NCBI RefSeq assembly: GCF_003945235.1
Contig: NZ_RSDW01000001.1
Coordinates: 2,850,001 to 2,882,000, forward strand
Source: Edaphobacter aggregans
Lineage (GTDB): Bacteria > Acidobacteriota > Terriglobia > Terriglobales > Acidobacteriaceae
Reading direction: 5' to 3'
DNA length: 32,000 bases
Shown one piece after another: positions 8,572 through 16,958 of the stretch. Position 1 is the stretch's first letter; every line of letters begins with the position of its first letter. Below the pieces are notes generated by a model. That model ran no database searches. It saw only the letters and a program-made list of their open reading frames with translations, and was not told the DNA's origin. The position numbers and the translations under genes were made by a program.

Positions 8572-9801
8572 ATGGCGCATTCTCTGTTGATTGCCGTCAT
8601 CGCAGCCTTCCTGTGGACATCCGATCCGCCCGCTCCTGCGCCTTCGACTGCAGGGGCGCACTTCGTCGGCTCAAAGCAATGTGAATCCTGCCACGCCGAG
8701 ACCTACGCCTCATGGCGGCAGACTCGCATGGCTAACGTCGTTCAGGACCCGAAGCTACACCCGGAGGCCGTCCTCGGCGACTTCACTCATCCCGACCCCA
8801 ACGTCACCTTCACCCTCGACCAGGTCGCCTTCACCTATGGCAGCCGCTGGAAGCAGCGCTACTTCACCCTGATCGGCGACGACTACTACGTTCTCCCTGC
8901 TCAATGGGACGTCGCTAAGAAGAAGTGGCTTCCCTACCACGTCGCCGACGGCACCGACTGGTGGACCGCCCACTACCCCTCCGACAACATGCAGCGCCCC
9001 ACCGGGCCGCTCTGCGACGGCTGCCACTCCGTCAACTACAACATTGCGACCAAGAAGGTCACTGAGTGGAACGTGGGTTGCGAGAAGTGCCACGGCCCCG
9101 GCAGCGAGCACGTCGCTCATCCCACCAAGAGCAACATCGTCAACCCGGCACGACTCGACGTTGTCCGCGCCAACGACACCTGCATCCAGTGCCACAGCCA
9201 AGGCAGACCGAAGAGCAACCCGATTCCCGATGCCTCAGGCGTTGCCAAATATTACGACTGGCCCGTCGGCTATCTTCCCGGCCAGCGCCTCGCCGACATC
9301 TGGACTTTCGAAGAACATAAACTCGGCACGGCCGACTTCTACTACTGGCACGACGGCACCGCGCGTAAGAACCGCATGCAGGGCAACGACTACGTTCAAT
9401 CGCTCATGGCTCATCGGGATATTCGCTGCTCCGACTGCCATAACGTCCACAGTGCGAAACATCCGTCCAATCTCGTCGACGAAGTGAACGACCTCTGCAT
9501 GAACTGCCACATGCACCGCTTTGTCGCAGGCCCCGGCACCACCCAGACCATCGTTGAGCATACCCATCACGCCGCCAACAGCCCGGCCAGCCAATGCACC
9601 GCCTGCCACATGCCGAAGATTCAGGTCACCATCCCCGGCACCTTCGTGGCCGCCCATACCTTCAAGTTCATCTCGCCAAAGATGACGCAGCAATTCAACA
9701 TGCCCAACGCTTGCAATCAATGCCATCAGGACAAAGACGCGGCCTGGTCCCTCAAGCAACTCGCCACCTGGCAAACCGTCTCTCCGTGGTCTCTGCAGTA
9801 G
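8572..9801 (+). CDS. Multiheme (octaheme) c-type cytochrome, membrane-anchored or secreted
   Basis: Eight CxxCH motifs: CESCH, CDGCH, CEKCH, CIQCH, CSDCH, CMNCH, CTACH, CNQCH. N-terminal hydrophobic segment LLIAVIAAFLW. The first motif context FVGSKQCESCHAETYASW resembles the cytochrome c554/multiheme family. Confidence 0.9.
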   Translation: MAHSLLIAVIAAFLWTSDPPAPAPSTAGAHFVGSKQCESCHAETYASWRQTRMANVVQDPKLHPEAVLGDFTHPDPNVTFTLDQVAFTYGSRWKQRYFTLIGDDYYVLPAQWDVAKKKWLPYHVADGTDWWTAHYPSDNMQRPTGPLCDGCHSVNYNIATKKVTEWNVGCEKCHGPGSEHVAHPTKSNIVNPARLDVVRANDTCIQCHSQGRPKSNPIPDASGVAKYYDWPVGYLPGQRLADIWTFEEHKLGTADFYYWHDGTARKNRMQGNDYVQSLMAHRDIRCSDCHNVHSAKHPSNLVDEVNDLCMNCHMHRFVAGPGTTQTIVEHTHHAANSPASQCTACHMPKIQVTIPGTFVAAHTFKFISPKMTQQFNMPNACNQCHQDKDAAWSLKQLATWQTVSPWSLQ

Positions 9802-9845
9802 CACCGTCACCCGGAGTGCAAAAGCAAGCCCACCCGTCTCCTTAT

Positions 9846-10328
9846 CTATCGTTCTTTTGTTTGCTGAATCGCCTCCGTCTGCCGCCGCATCATCTCGATG
9901 CAGCGCTCACAGAAGTCCTTGATCGTCTCGAGCTCGCGCATGGAGTACCGCGTAATCATCTGCGCCGACTCGCGTCCTAACGCCTCATAGAATGGCGCGA
10001 TGCGGGCCATCGCCGGGGAATGACATAACCGGATGAACACCTTCCGCCGATCTGTTTCGCTCCGCTCTCTCCGCGCCAGTCCAGCCTTCTCCAGCCGGTC
10101 GATTGCCGCGGTGATGGCCCCTGTCGTTAGCCCTGTCAGTCTTGCCAGATCGCCCGCCGTAACGTCGCCCACGCGGTCGACATAATCCAGACATTTCAGG
10201 TCCGTCACCGATACGCCTGCGAGGTTAGCAATCGCCTGATGAAACAGAACACCCCGCGCGCCCAGCTCCCGCCCGAGCTGAAAGCCGACGATGTGCTCCA
10301 ATTCTTTTCGCTTGCTCGATGGTGCCAT
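9846..10328 (-). CDS. MarR family transcriptional regulator
   Basis: Winged-HTH block VTAGDLARLTGLTTGAITAAIDRLEKAGLARRERSETDRRKVFIRL is typical of MarR. Divergent from the monooxygenase gene. Confidence 0.9.
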   Translation of the reverse strand: MAPSSKRKELEHIVGFQLGRELGARGVLFHQAIANLAGVSVTDLKCLDYVDRVGDVTAGDLARLTGLTTGAITAAIDRLEKAGLARRERSETDRRKVFIRLCHSPAMARIAPFYEALGRESAQMITRYSMRELETIKDFCERCIEMMRRQTEAIQQTKER

Positions 10329-10344
10329 TCTGTTTACAGTATCA

Positions 10345-10365
10345 TTATCTCAATAATTGAGATAA
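10345..10365. promoter_or_regulatory. Perfect 10-1-10 palindrome TTATCTCAAT-A-ATTGAGATAA, a candidate MarR operator
   Basis: Read directly. It lies in the AT-rich 52-nt divergent intergenic region, 17 nt from the marR start and 16 nt from the monooxygenase ORF start. Assigning it to MarR is an inference. Confidence 0.5.
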
Positions 10366-10380
10366 TTAATAATCGAGGTA

Positions 10381-11643
10381 TTGGCCATGTCCATCCATCG
10401 GAAACGCGCTCTCATCATTGGAGGAGGAGTCGCAGGTCCCGTCCTCGCTCTCTTCCTCAAGTCGTCCGACTTCGATACCCAGATCTTCGAAGCCTCCAGC
10501 GGCCCAAGCGATACAGGCGGAGCGCTCGGCCTCGCTCCCAATGGCATGAACGTCCTCGCCGCTGCCGGTGTCGTCGAACAGGTTCGCGACGTCAGCGTCA
10601 CCGGCAACGAGTGGGCCTTCGAAAATCAGCGCGGCAAACTCCTCGCCTGTGCGCCCGCTGGAGACACCGCCCGGTACGGCCAGCCTCCTGTCATGATCAC
10701 CCGCGCCGCACTTCATCGCGCCATCATCGAGCACGCCGAGGCACAAGACATCCCCGTTCACTACAACAAGCGTCTCGTCAGCATCGATGACATTCCCGGC
10801 CATCCCATCGTCGCGCACTTCGCTGACGGGACTGTTGCCGAAGGCGACTTCATCGTCGGCGCCGACGGCATCCGTTCGCAGGTCCGCCAGGCCGTTATGC
10901 CCGATGCGCCCAAACCCTCTTACACCGGCATGATGGCTCCCGGCGGCTTCAGCCCCTGCATCGACACGGGTGTCACCCCGCGCTCCAATCAGCGTGTCCA
11001 CTTCATCTTTGGCCAGAACGGCTTCTTCGGCTACTTCAATACCGTCACACCCGAAGGTCCGCGCACATTATGGTGGAGCACAGCCTCCGCGCCGCTCGAG
11101 AGCAAGGACAAGATGGCTGCCACCACCAAAGCCGAGCTGCAGCAACGCCTGCTCGCTCTCCACGGCGACTGGGCCGACCCCGTCCCTCAACTTATCCAGT
11201 CCGCAACCGACATCCTCAACATCCCCATTCACGACGTCCCCAGCCTTCCTCGCTGGAGCGCCGGTCGCACCATCCTCATCGGCGACGCCGCGCACGCCGT
11301 GGCTCCGCACTCCGGCCAGGGAGCTTCGATGGCCCTTGAAGACACCATGTATCTCGGCAAACTACTCTGCGAATCGGACGGCGAGCACCTCGAAAAAGTC
11401 TTCGTCGACTTCGAGCAGCATCGACGTCCCCGCACTGACAAAGTCATCGCCCTTGGCCGCCGCAACGGCCAGCGAAAAGAGAAAATGTCACCGGTCGAAT
11501 TCTGGATACAGCAGCAGATGATTCGCCTCTTCGTCCCGCTAACCCGCGCGAAGAAGCAGGACTGGCTGCTCGCCTACAAGGTCGAGTGGGATCGGGCTGT
11601 TCCAGCTATGTCTGCGCGTACCCGCTCCATGGTTGCGAGATAG
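10381..11643 (+). CDS. FAD-dependent aromatic-ring monooxygenase/hydroxylase family protein
   Basis: GxGxxG (ALIIGGGVAGPVLALFL), DG motif (GADGIRSQVR) and GD motif (LIGDAAHAVAPHSGQGASMALED). The start may be ATG 10387. Confidence 0.9.
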   Translation: MAMSIHRKRALIIGGGVAGPVLALFLKSSDFDTQIFEASSGPSDTGGALGLAPNGMNVLAAAGVVEQVRDVSVTGNEWAFENQRGKLLACAPAGDTARYGQPPVMITRAALHRAIIEHAEAQDIPVHYNKRLVSIDDIPGHPIVAHFADGTVAEGDFIVGADGIRSQVRQAVMPDAPKPSYTGMMAPGGFSPCIDTGVTPRSNQRVHFIFGQNGFFGYFNTVTPEGPRTLWWSTASAPLESKDKMAATTKAELQQRLLALHGDWADPVPQLIQSATDILNIPIHDVPSLPRWSAGRTILIGDAAHAVAPHSGQGASMALEDTMYLGKLLCESDGEHLEKVFVDFEQHRRPRTDKVIALGRRNGQRKEKMSPVEFWIQQQMIRLFVPLTRAKKQDWLLAYKVEWDRAVPAMSARTRSMVAR

Positions 11644-12725
11644 AAATGCAGATTATGCACAGAGTTCAGCGTCAATCCCAACGGCTCGCCTGACACAAAG
11701 AGATGCCGGAGGTACGCCCGCGAATACCGCGCACACACCATGCATCCGCACGAGGCATCGATTGGCCCCGGATCTTCCGCGTACTCCTTGCGTTTGATGT
11801 TCATCCGGACGACGACGCCGTCGGCATCGCGAGCAAACACGAGCCCATGCCGCCCCGCGCGTGTAGGCAGAACGCAATCCATCATGTCGACGCCCATCTT
11901 CGCGTACTCTTCAATCTCGTCGGGGTAGCCGACGCCCATCACGTAGCGAGGCTTGTCTTTCGGTAGCCACTCGAGCGTCCGTGCAATCATCTCTCGTGTT
12001 ACTTCACGCGGCTCACCGACGGCCAACCCGCCAATCGCATAACCAGGAAAGTCCATCTCGACCAGCCGGTCTGCAGACTCCTTCCGCAGATCGACATACA
12101 TTCCACCCTGCACGATTCCGAACAGACTCTGCGTAGCGCCGCCCAGAGCCTCATGCCACGGAACTCGATGCTTATGTAACTCAAAATGATCTTTTGACCG
12201 CTGCGCCCACGCGTGAGTCAGTCCCATCGAATCCCGCGTGCGCTCATACGTTGCAGGATGTTCCACGCACTCATCGAAGACCATCGCGATATCGGCGCCC
12301 AGAGCGATCTGCACATCCATCGAGTGCTCTGGCGAGAAGAAATGTTTGCTCCCATCCAGATGCGACCGGAACTCCACTCCATCCTGCGTCACCTTGCGCA
12401 AGCTGCTCAGGCTGAACACCTGAAACCCGCCCGAGTCCGTCAACATCGGCCGTTCCCAGCTCATGAACCGGTGCACTCCACCGGCCCGCGCAATCAGCTC
12501 ATGCCCTGGCCGCAGATACAGGTGATACGTATTCGCCAGAATGATCTGCGCCCCGCGGTTCTCTGGGCCAATCTTCTCCAACACGCCCTGCTCGACGGCC
12601 TTCACACTCGCCGCCGTCCCCACCGGCATGAACACCGGCGTCTCCACCACACCATGCGGCAGCGTCAGCGCGGCTCTGCGCCCACCGCCTTCGGCAGTTC
12701 TCTGTACATCAAACGAAATCGACAT
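11574..12725 (-). CDS. tgt: Queuine tRNA-ribosyltransferase (tRNA-guanine transglycosylase)
   Basis: HGVVETPVFMPVGT, LTDSGGFQVFSL, MDCVLPTR, and the Zn site CGCMVCARYSRAYLRHL. 383 aa, typical length. Confidence 0.95.
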   Translation of the reverse strand: MSISFDVQRTAEGGGRRAALTLPHGVVETPVFMPVGTAASVKAVEQGVLEKIGPENRGAQIILANTYHLYLRPGHELIARAGGVHRFMSWERPMLTDSGGFQVFSLSSLRKVTQDGVEFRSHLDGSKHFFSPEHSMDVQIALGADIAMVFDECVEHPATYERTRDSMGLTHAWAQRSKDHFELHKHRVPWHEALGGATQSLFGIVQGGMYVDLRKESADRLVEMDFPGYAIGGLAVGEPREVTREMIARTLEWLPKDKPRYVMGVGYPDEIEEYAKMGVDMMDCVLPTRAGRHGLVFARDADGVVVRMNIKRKEYAEDPGPIDASCGCMVCARYSRAYLRHLFVSGEPLGLTLNSVHNLHFYLATMERVRADIAGTARSHSTL

Positions 12726-12773
12726 GCTCTATGAATTGTAAGGGGATGAGGATTGTAAGTGGATGCAGCCCTT

Positions 12774-13628
12774 TTATTTGACGAGCATCTCCACCGCTTG
12801 AGGAACGGTGATGTTGTCCGGGAGCTGCTTGAAACTACTGTGCACCGCATGCTCCTTCTTGCCGATTGCCTTGAAGAAGATCGCGCGGCCATTGATGTCC
12901 GTATCCAACATTGCCGTCTTCCACTCGTTTCCGTACACCCTGTCGCGCGTCGTAGTGAAATTGCTGCCCGCATGGATCGTCGCGATCAGACCGTACCCGA
13001 TACTGACATCTTCCGGCAGCCTGCCCTCTATGCCGTGCAGTCGCATCCCCTGCTCGTCCACAAGAATTGAACCTGACATCCCATGCAGCACACGCTCTTC
13101 GAGAGACTGTGGTTCATACGATGGATTCGGCTTGAAGTCGATGCGCAGAAAGCCGCCCTCTTCCTTCGGCGCTCCAAAATCAAATGCCTTGGGCAGAAGC
13201 GACAGCATCTGCTTCGCGTGCTTCTCGTCGTTCTTTAGTGCTTCTTCTTTCTTCGCGAACGCGTCGGGATGCGCTGCGATGTCCGCGAGCCGCGCTTTTT
13301 CCGATGCAGCGCTGTCCCCGTTCAGTGATTGCCCATCCACGGCAACCAACATCCGCACCTTCCCCATCGACGTCTCCGCCACCCACTCTTTCCAGAGATG
13401 GCCGCCTGTCCTCTCCGACCGTTCTTCAGACAGGTAGAGATACCGGCCACGATGCTGTTCGGCTGTGCTTTCGTTGGCTATCACCGTCTCTACAATTTGC
13501 CGCGACGAGGTTGGGCTCCCGGCCCGCATCGCGGTCGCAGCGGACATAAGACACAGGAGCGCGCCGACCTTTACCCAGGCCTGCTTCAGATGTTGGTTCG
13601 ACGATGCGCATCTCACATTAAGGATCAT
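12774..13628 (-). CDS. Hypothetical secreted protein
   Basis: 284-aa ORF with an ATG start and a hydrophobic N-terminal segment VKVGALLCLMSAATAM. It lies 48 nt upstream of tgt on the same strand. No family recognised. Confidence 0.55.
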   Translation of the reverse strand: MILNVRCASSNQHLKQAWVKVGALLCLMSAATAMRAGSPTSSRQIVETVIANESTAEQHRGRYLYLSEERSERTGGHLWKEWVAETSMGKVRMLVAVDGQSLNGDSAASEKARLADIAAHPDAFAKKEEALKNDEKHAKQMLSLLPKAFDFGAPKEEGGFLRIDFKPNPSYEPQSLEERVLHGMSGSILVDEQGMRLHGIEGRLPEDVSIGYGLIATIHAGSNFTTTRDRVYGNEWKTAMLDTDINGRAIFFKAIGKKEHAVHSSFKQLPDNITVPQAVEMLVK

Positions 13629-13723
13629 CGCAGGTATTCATCTCTCTGTTGTCAGATGCAGATATTCGACGTAACGGGCGGTCAGAGGTTGTTTCTGCCG
13701 GTATCTCCAAGAAACTGCAAACA

Positions 13724-13745
13724 AACTGACGTAGACTAACGCGCA
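13724..13745 (+). repeat. Left copy of a 22-bp imperfect direct repeat (AACTGACGTAGACTAACGCGCA)
   Basis: 20/22 identical to 15090..15111. It ends 6 nt before the MFS ATG. It contains ACTGAC and ACTAAC hexamers 10 bp apart. Confidence 0.7.
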
Positions 13746-13751
13746 ACTGCC

Positions 13752-15095
13752 ATGTCTGACTCCGCAAACAATCCGGATGTCACCAGCCCAGATCCACTTT
13801 TGACTGAGCCTGAGCTCGTCACTGCTAATGATGCCGTGATTCCCCCACCATCCGCTCCGCAAGGACGGCGAGCCGCTGCGGCCTTTATCTTCTTCACCGT
13901 CGCGCTCGACATGCTCGCCCTCGGCATGATCGCCCCCGTCCTTCCTCGTCTGATCGAAAGCTTCCTCCACGGCGACACCTCTACCGCCGCGCAGATGCTC
14001 GGACTCTTTGGCACTGTCTTCGCCGTGATGCAGTTCTTCTTCTCGCCCATCGTCGGCTCGCTCTCCGACCGCTTCGGTCGCCGCCCCGTCGTCCTTCTCT
14101 CCAACTTCGGTCTCGGCCTGGACTATCTTCTGATGGCATGGGCTCCCGCGCTTGGCTGGCTCTTCCTCGGTCGCGTCATCTCGGGCCTCACCTCATCGAG
14201 CATCCCCACTGCCATGGCCTACATGGCCGACGTCACGCCACGCGAAAAGCGCGCCGCAGCCTTCGGCATGTTGAATGCAGCCTTTGGCATTGGCTTCGTC
14301 CTCGGCCCCGCACTCGGAGGCATCCTCGGCAACGTCAACCCGCGCCTGCCCTTCTGGGTCGCAGCGGGCTTGAGCCTCGTCAACGGACTCTACGGCCTCT
14401 TCGTCCTACCCGAATCTCTCTCGCATCAGAATCGCAGCCCCTTCTCGTGGAAGCGCGCGAATCCAGTCGGCTCGCTTTCGCTGCTCAAGCATGGCTCCAT
14501 GCTGGCCATCGCCGCGGTTTTGCTCCTCGGATACATCGCACAGCAATCCCTGATGAACGTCTACGTCATCTACGCCGACTTCCGCTACCACTGGACCACC
14601 CGTAGCGTAGGCCTATCTCTTGCCACCATCGGCGTCTTCACCATCATCTACGGCGGCCTGCTCGTCAAACCAGTCGTCGCAAAGCTGGGCGAACGCAGAA
14701 CCATGATCATCGGCCTGATCGGCGGAGCACTCGGCTACTTCATGTTCGGTGTCTCCAAAACAGGCATCATCTTCTGGCTCGGCATCCCCTTTCTCAACAT
14801 GATGTCCTTCGCGTGGCCCTCCGCGCAGAGCATTCTCTCTCACAAGACCAGCCCGGCGGAACAAGGTCAGCTGCAAGGTGCGATCAATAGTCTGCGCGGC
14901 ATCGCCGGACTCATCGGCCCCGGCATCTTCACCTACATCTTCAGCAAATCCATCGGAGCGGAGGCGATCATCCACATCCCCGGAACACCCTTCTTCACTG
15001 CCGCAGCTATGCTTCTCATTGCTCTGATGATCGCGCGACGCGTTGACGACAAACCCGCGCAACAGCATCACACCGATGCGGCATCGCCGAACTGA
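13752..15095 (+). CDS. MFS transporter, TCR/Tet (TetA-like) family
   Basis: 12 hydrophobic segments by eye. MFS motif A GSLSDRFGRRPVVLLS. The N-terminal FFTVALDMLALGMIAPVLP block is typical of Tet-type MFS. Confidence 0.9.
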   Translation: MSDSANNPDVTSPDPLLTEPELVTANDAVIPPPSAPQGRRAAAAFIFFTVALDMLALGMIAPVLPRLIESFLHGDTSTAAQMLGLFGTVFAVMQFFFSPIVGSLSDRFGRRPVVLLSNFGLGLDYLLMAWAPALGWLFLGRVISGLTSSSIPTAMAYMADVTPREKRAAAFGMLNAAFGIGFVLGPALGGILGNVNPRLPFWVAAGLSLVNGLYGLFVLPESLSHQNRSPFSWKRANPVGSLSLLKHGSMLAIAAVLLLGYIAQQSLMNVYVIYADFRYHWTTRSVGLSLATIGVFTIIYGGLLVKPVVAKLGERRTMIIGLIGGALGYFMFGVSKTGIIFWLGIPFLNMMSFAWPSAQSILSHKTSPAEQGQLQGAINSLRGIAGLIGPGIFTYIFSKSIGAEAIIHIPGTPFFTAAAMLLIALMIARRVDDKPAQQHHTDAASPN

Positions 15096-15111
15096 CATAA
15101 ACTAACGCGCA
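15090..15111 (+). repeat. Right copy of the 22-bp imperfect direct repeat (AACTGACATAAACTAACGCGCA)
   Basis: It overlaps the MFS stop codon (15093..15095) and lies 118 nt upstream of the DUF4157 ORF start. A separate 9-nt direct repeat CGCGCAGCG occurs at 15106..15114 and 15129..15137. Confidence 0.7.
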
Positions 15112-15228
15112 GCGATTGCATTGATCATCGCGCAGCGCTCCCCCAATAACCGCAGACGCACTCCTCCTGAAGAGTCCGTATGGATGTCGACAAATGGCCG
15201 CATAAAAAAATAACTGCGAGGTGTAATA

Positions 15229-16908
15229 TTGCAGCCACGGGCCAAGACAGATCTGCGGAGCCAGTCCATGGGATCGCAACTAGCAGCCCTGACGCGAGAG
15301 TCGCCGCTAAGGCTTAGCCCCAAACTGCCCAAGCCCGATCACAAACTCTTTCCTACCAGTCTTCCTTCATTCGAGCGTTCGTTCTCCAATCCCCATCGCA
15401 ACATTCTCCCGTTCTCATTCTCCAGTATCCCGCTGCAAGCTCCTACCCATCGCCCGCCCGCACCGATAGGCCTTCGGTTGCAACGCAAACTGGCAGTCGG
15501 TTCAGCGCACGACCCCCTCGAAGCGCAGGCCGACGAGATGGCCGAGCACATCATGAGCATGGCCAGTCCAACCGAAGCCGGCGTCGTGCCCACGAGCTCG
15601 CCGCAGACCTTGCAACGAAAATGCTCCTGCGAAGAAGGCGGTGGCAAATGCAAACAATGCGAGGAGAAGCAGCAGAAGCTCCAGCGCAAAGAGCAGGGGG
15701 GTATTGTCGCTCCGGTCGCAGCGCCGCCTATCGTTCACGATGTTCTCCGCTCTCCAGGCCAGCCGATCGACGCCGCTACACGCGCGTTTATGGAGCCGCG
15801 CTTCGGTCGCGACTTCAGCCGCGTCCGCTTGCATACCGAAACTCGTGCAGCGGAATCGGCCCGCCTGGTCAACGCGCTTGCCTATACCGTCGGCGACGAT
15901 ATCGTCTTCGGCGAGGGAGCGTATTCCCCAGGCTCAGCGGCCACCCGCAGACTCCTCGCGCATGAGCTTGCACACACGTTGCAGCAGTCCGCGTCGCCCC
16001 TCAGGCTGCAGCGCGCCTGCCTTACCGCCGCCGAGTGCGCTGCGCCACAGGCCACGCTCCAGAACTTTGTCGCCACCACAGTGGCTGACCCGAAAAACGT
16101 CAGCAAGGCCGCCAAACGTAAGGCCGACTGCGGCAAGGTGCCTCCCGACCCCAAGTGCACCTCCGACGGACACGGCGCCAAAGCCACTGCCCTTACCGCC
16201 ATCATGGCGGCAAGGTATCCCACGCGTCTCACTTACATCACGGGCATCTTCATCGATAAGGACATACCGGACCAGTGGGGCGCATACACCACAGCTTGCA
16301 GTAGCTTCACGCCCGCGTTGCCCGGCGCCACATGCACCTTCGTGCCAGCTCCATTGGAGGCACAAGCGAAGCAGTTTCAGAGCGGCAGCAAAACCATCAA
16401 CGGAAGCTCCGCCACAGACTGGCTCACCGCCGCGATCGGCACCCTGACCCACGAAACCGGACACGCCCACTTCAACGCCTCCCCTGCAATCGCCCCCCTT
16501 ACGCCCGGTTCCTGCAAGTTCGCAGACTTCAAGTCCAATCTCTCAGAGATGGCAGCGCACTTCAGCGAGATGCACGTCTTCTACCGCGCTGCCCTCGCGA
16601 AGCCCGCGAAGGACCGGTTCAAGAGGTTTGAGCAGATGTTCGATTTCTGGGTGAAGAACGGCTCTGAAGACATTAGCGGCATCGTCAAGGACCTTCGCTG
16701 CCGCTGCGAGTGCAACGACGCAAACAACTTCATCATCAAGACCTTCGAGTCGGTCGCCTCCACCCAGAAATGGGACACCAACGAGCAGTTCATGGTTCAT
16801 ACCGAACTGAGCAAGCCGAAGTGGAAGCTCAACTGGCCCATCACACCTTCCTCAGTCAATGTCACCGATCTTCCCACCACGGCGCCCGCTCCTCTCAAGT
16901 TCGAATGA
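15229..16908 (+). CDS. DUF4157 (zincin-like, polymorphic-toxin/eCIS-associated marker) domain protein with a novel Cys-rich C-terminal domain carrying a second HExxH
   Basis: TTG start in the ORF track; ATG 15268 is an alternative. Repeated LQRK linkers. The DUF4157 core is GQPIDAATRAFMEPRFGRDFSRVRLHTETRAAESARLVNALAYTVGDDIVFGEGAY...LLAHELAHTLQQ (HELAH at 15961..15975). The second motif, LTHETGHAHF (HETGH at 16450..16464), sits in the C-terminal ~290 aa. No N-terminal signal peptide seen. Confidence 0.8.
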   Translation: MQPRAKTDLRSQSMGSQLAALTRESPLRLSPKLPKPDHKLFPTSLPSFERSFSNPHRNILPFSFSSIPLQAPTHRPPAPIGLRLQRKLAVGSAHDPLEAQADEMAEHIMSMASPTEAGVVPTSSPQTLQRKCSCEEGGGKCKQCEEKQQKLQRKEQGGIVAPVAAPPIVHDVLRSPGQPIDAATRAFMEPRFGRDFSRVRLHTETRAAESARLVNALAYTVGDDIVFGEGAYSPGSAATRRLLAHELAHTLQQSASPLRLQRACLTAAECAAPQATLQNFVATTVADPKNVSKAAKRKADCGKVPPDPKCTSDGHGAKATALTAIMAARYPTRLTYITGIFIDKDIPDQWGAYTTACSSFTPALPGATCTFVPAPLEAQAKQFQSGSKTINGSSATDWLTAAIGTLTHETGHAHFNASPAIAPLTPGSCKFADFKSNLSEMAAHFSEMHVFYRAALAKPAKDRFKRFEQMFDFWVKNGSEDISGIVKDLRCRCECNDANNFIIKTFESVASTQKWDTNEQFMVHTELSKPKWKLNWPITPSSVNVTDLPTTAPAPLKFE

Positions 16909-16958
16909 GTACCGCAGCATAAAAACTGGGCACAACGCCTGCTTCACCCGCGAGCGCT

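Noticed and set aside
9802-9845. Possible bidirectional terminator between the cytochrome and marR genes, and similarly at 16909..16958 and 30530..30598
   Set aside because: Only 4-6 bp complementary arms with long loops and no T-tracts. This is not convincing by eye.
15106-15137. CGCGCAGCG direct repeat (15106..15114 and 15129..15137) as a terminator hairpin after the MFS gene
   Set aside because: The two copies are direct, not inverted. The only complementary arms (GCGAT/ATCGC) give a 5-bp stem with no U-tract.
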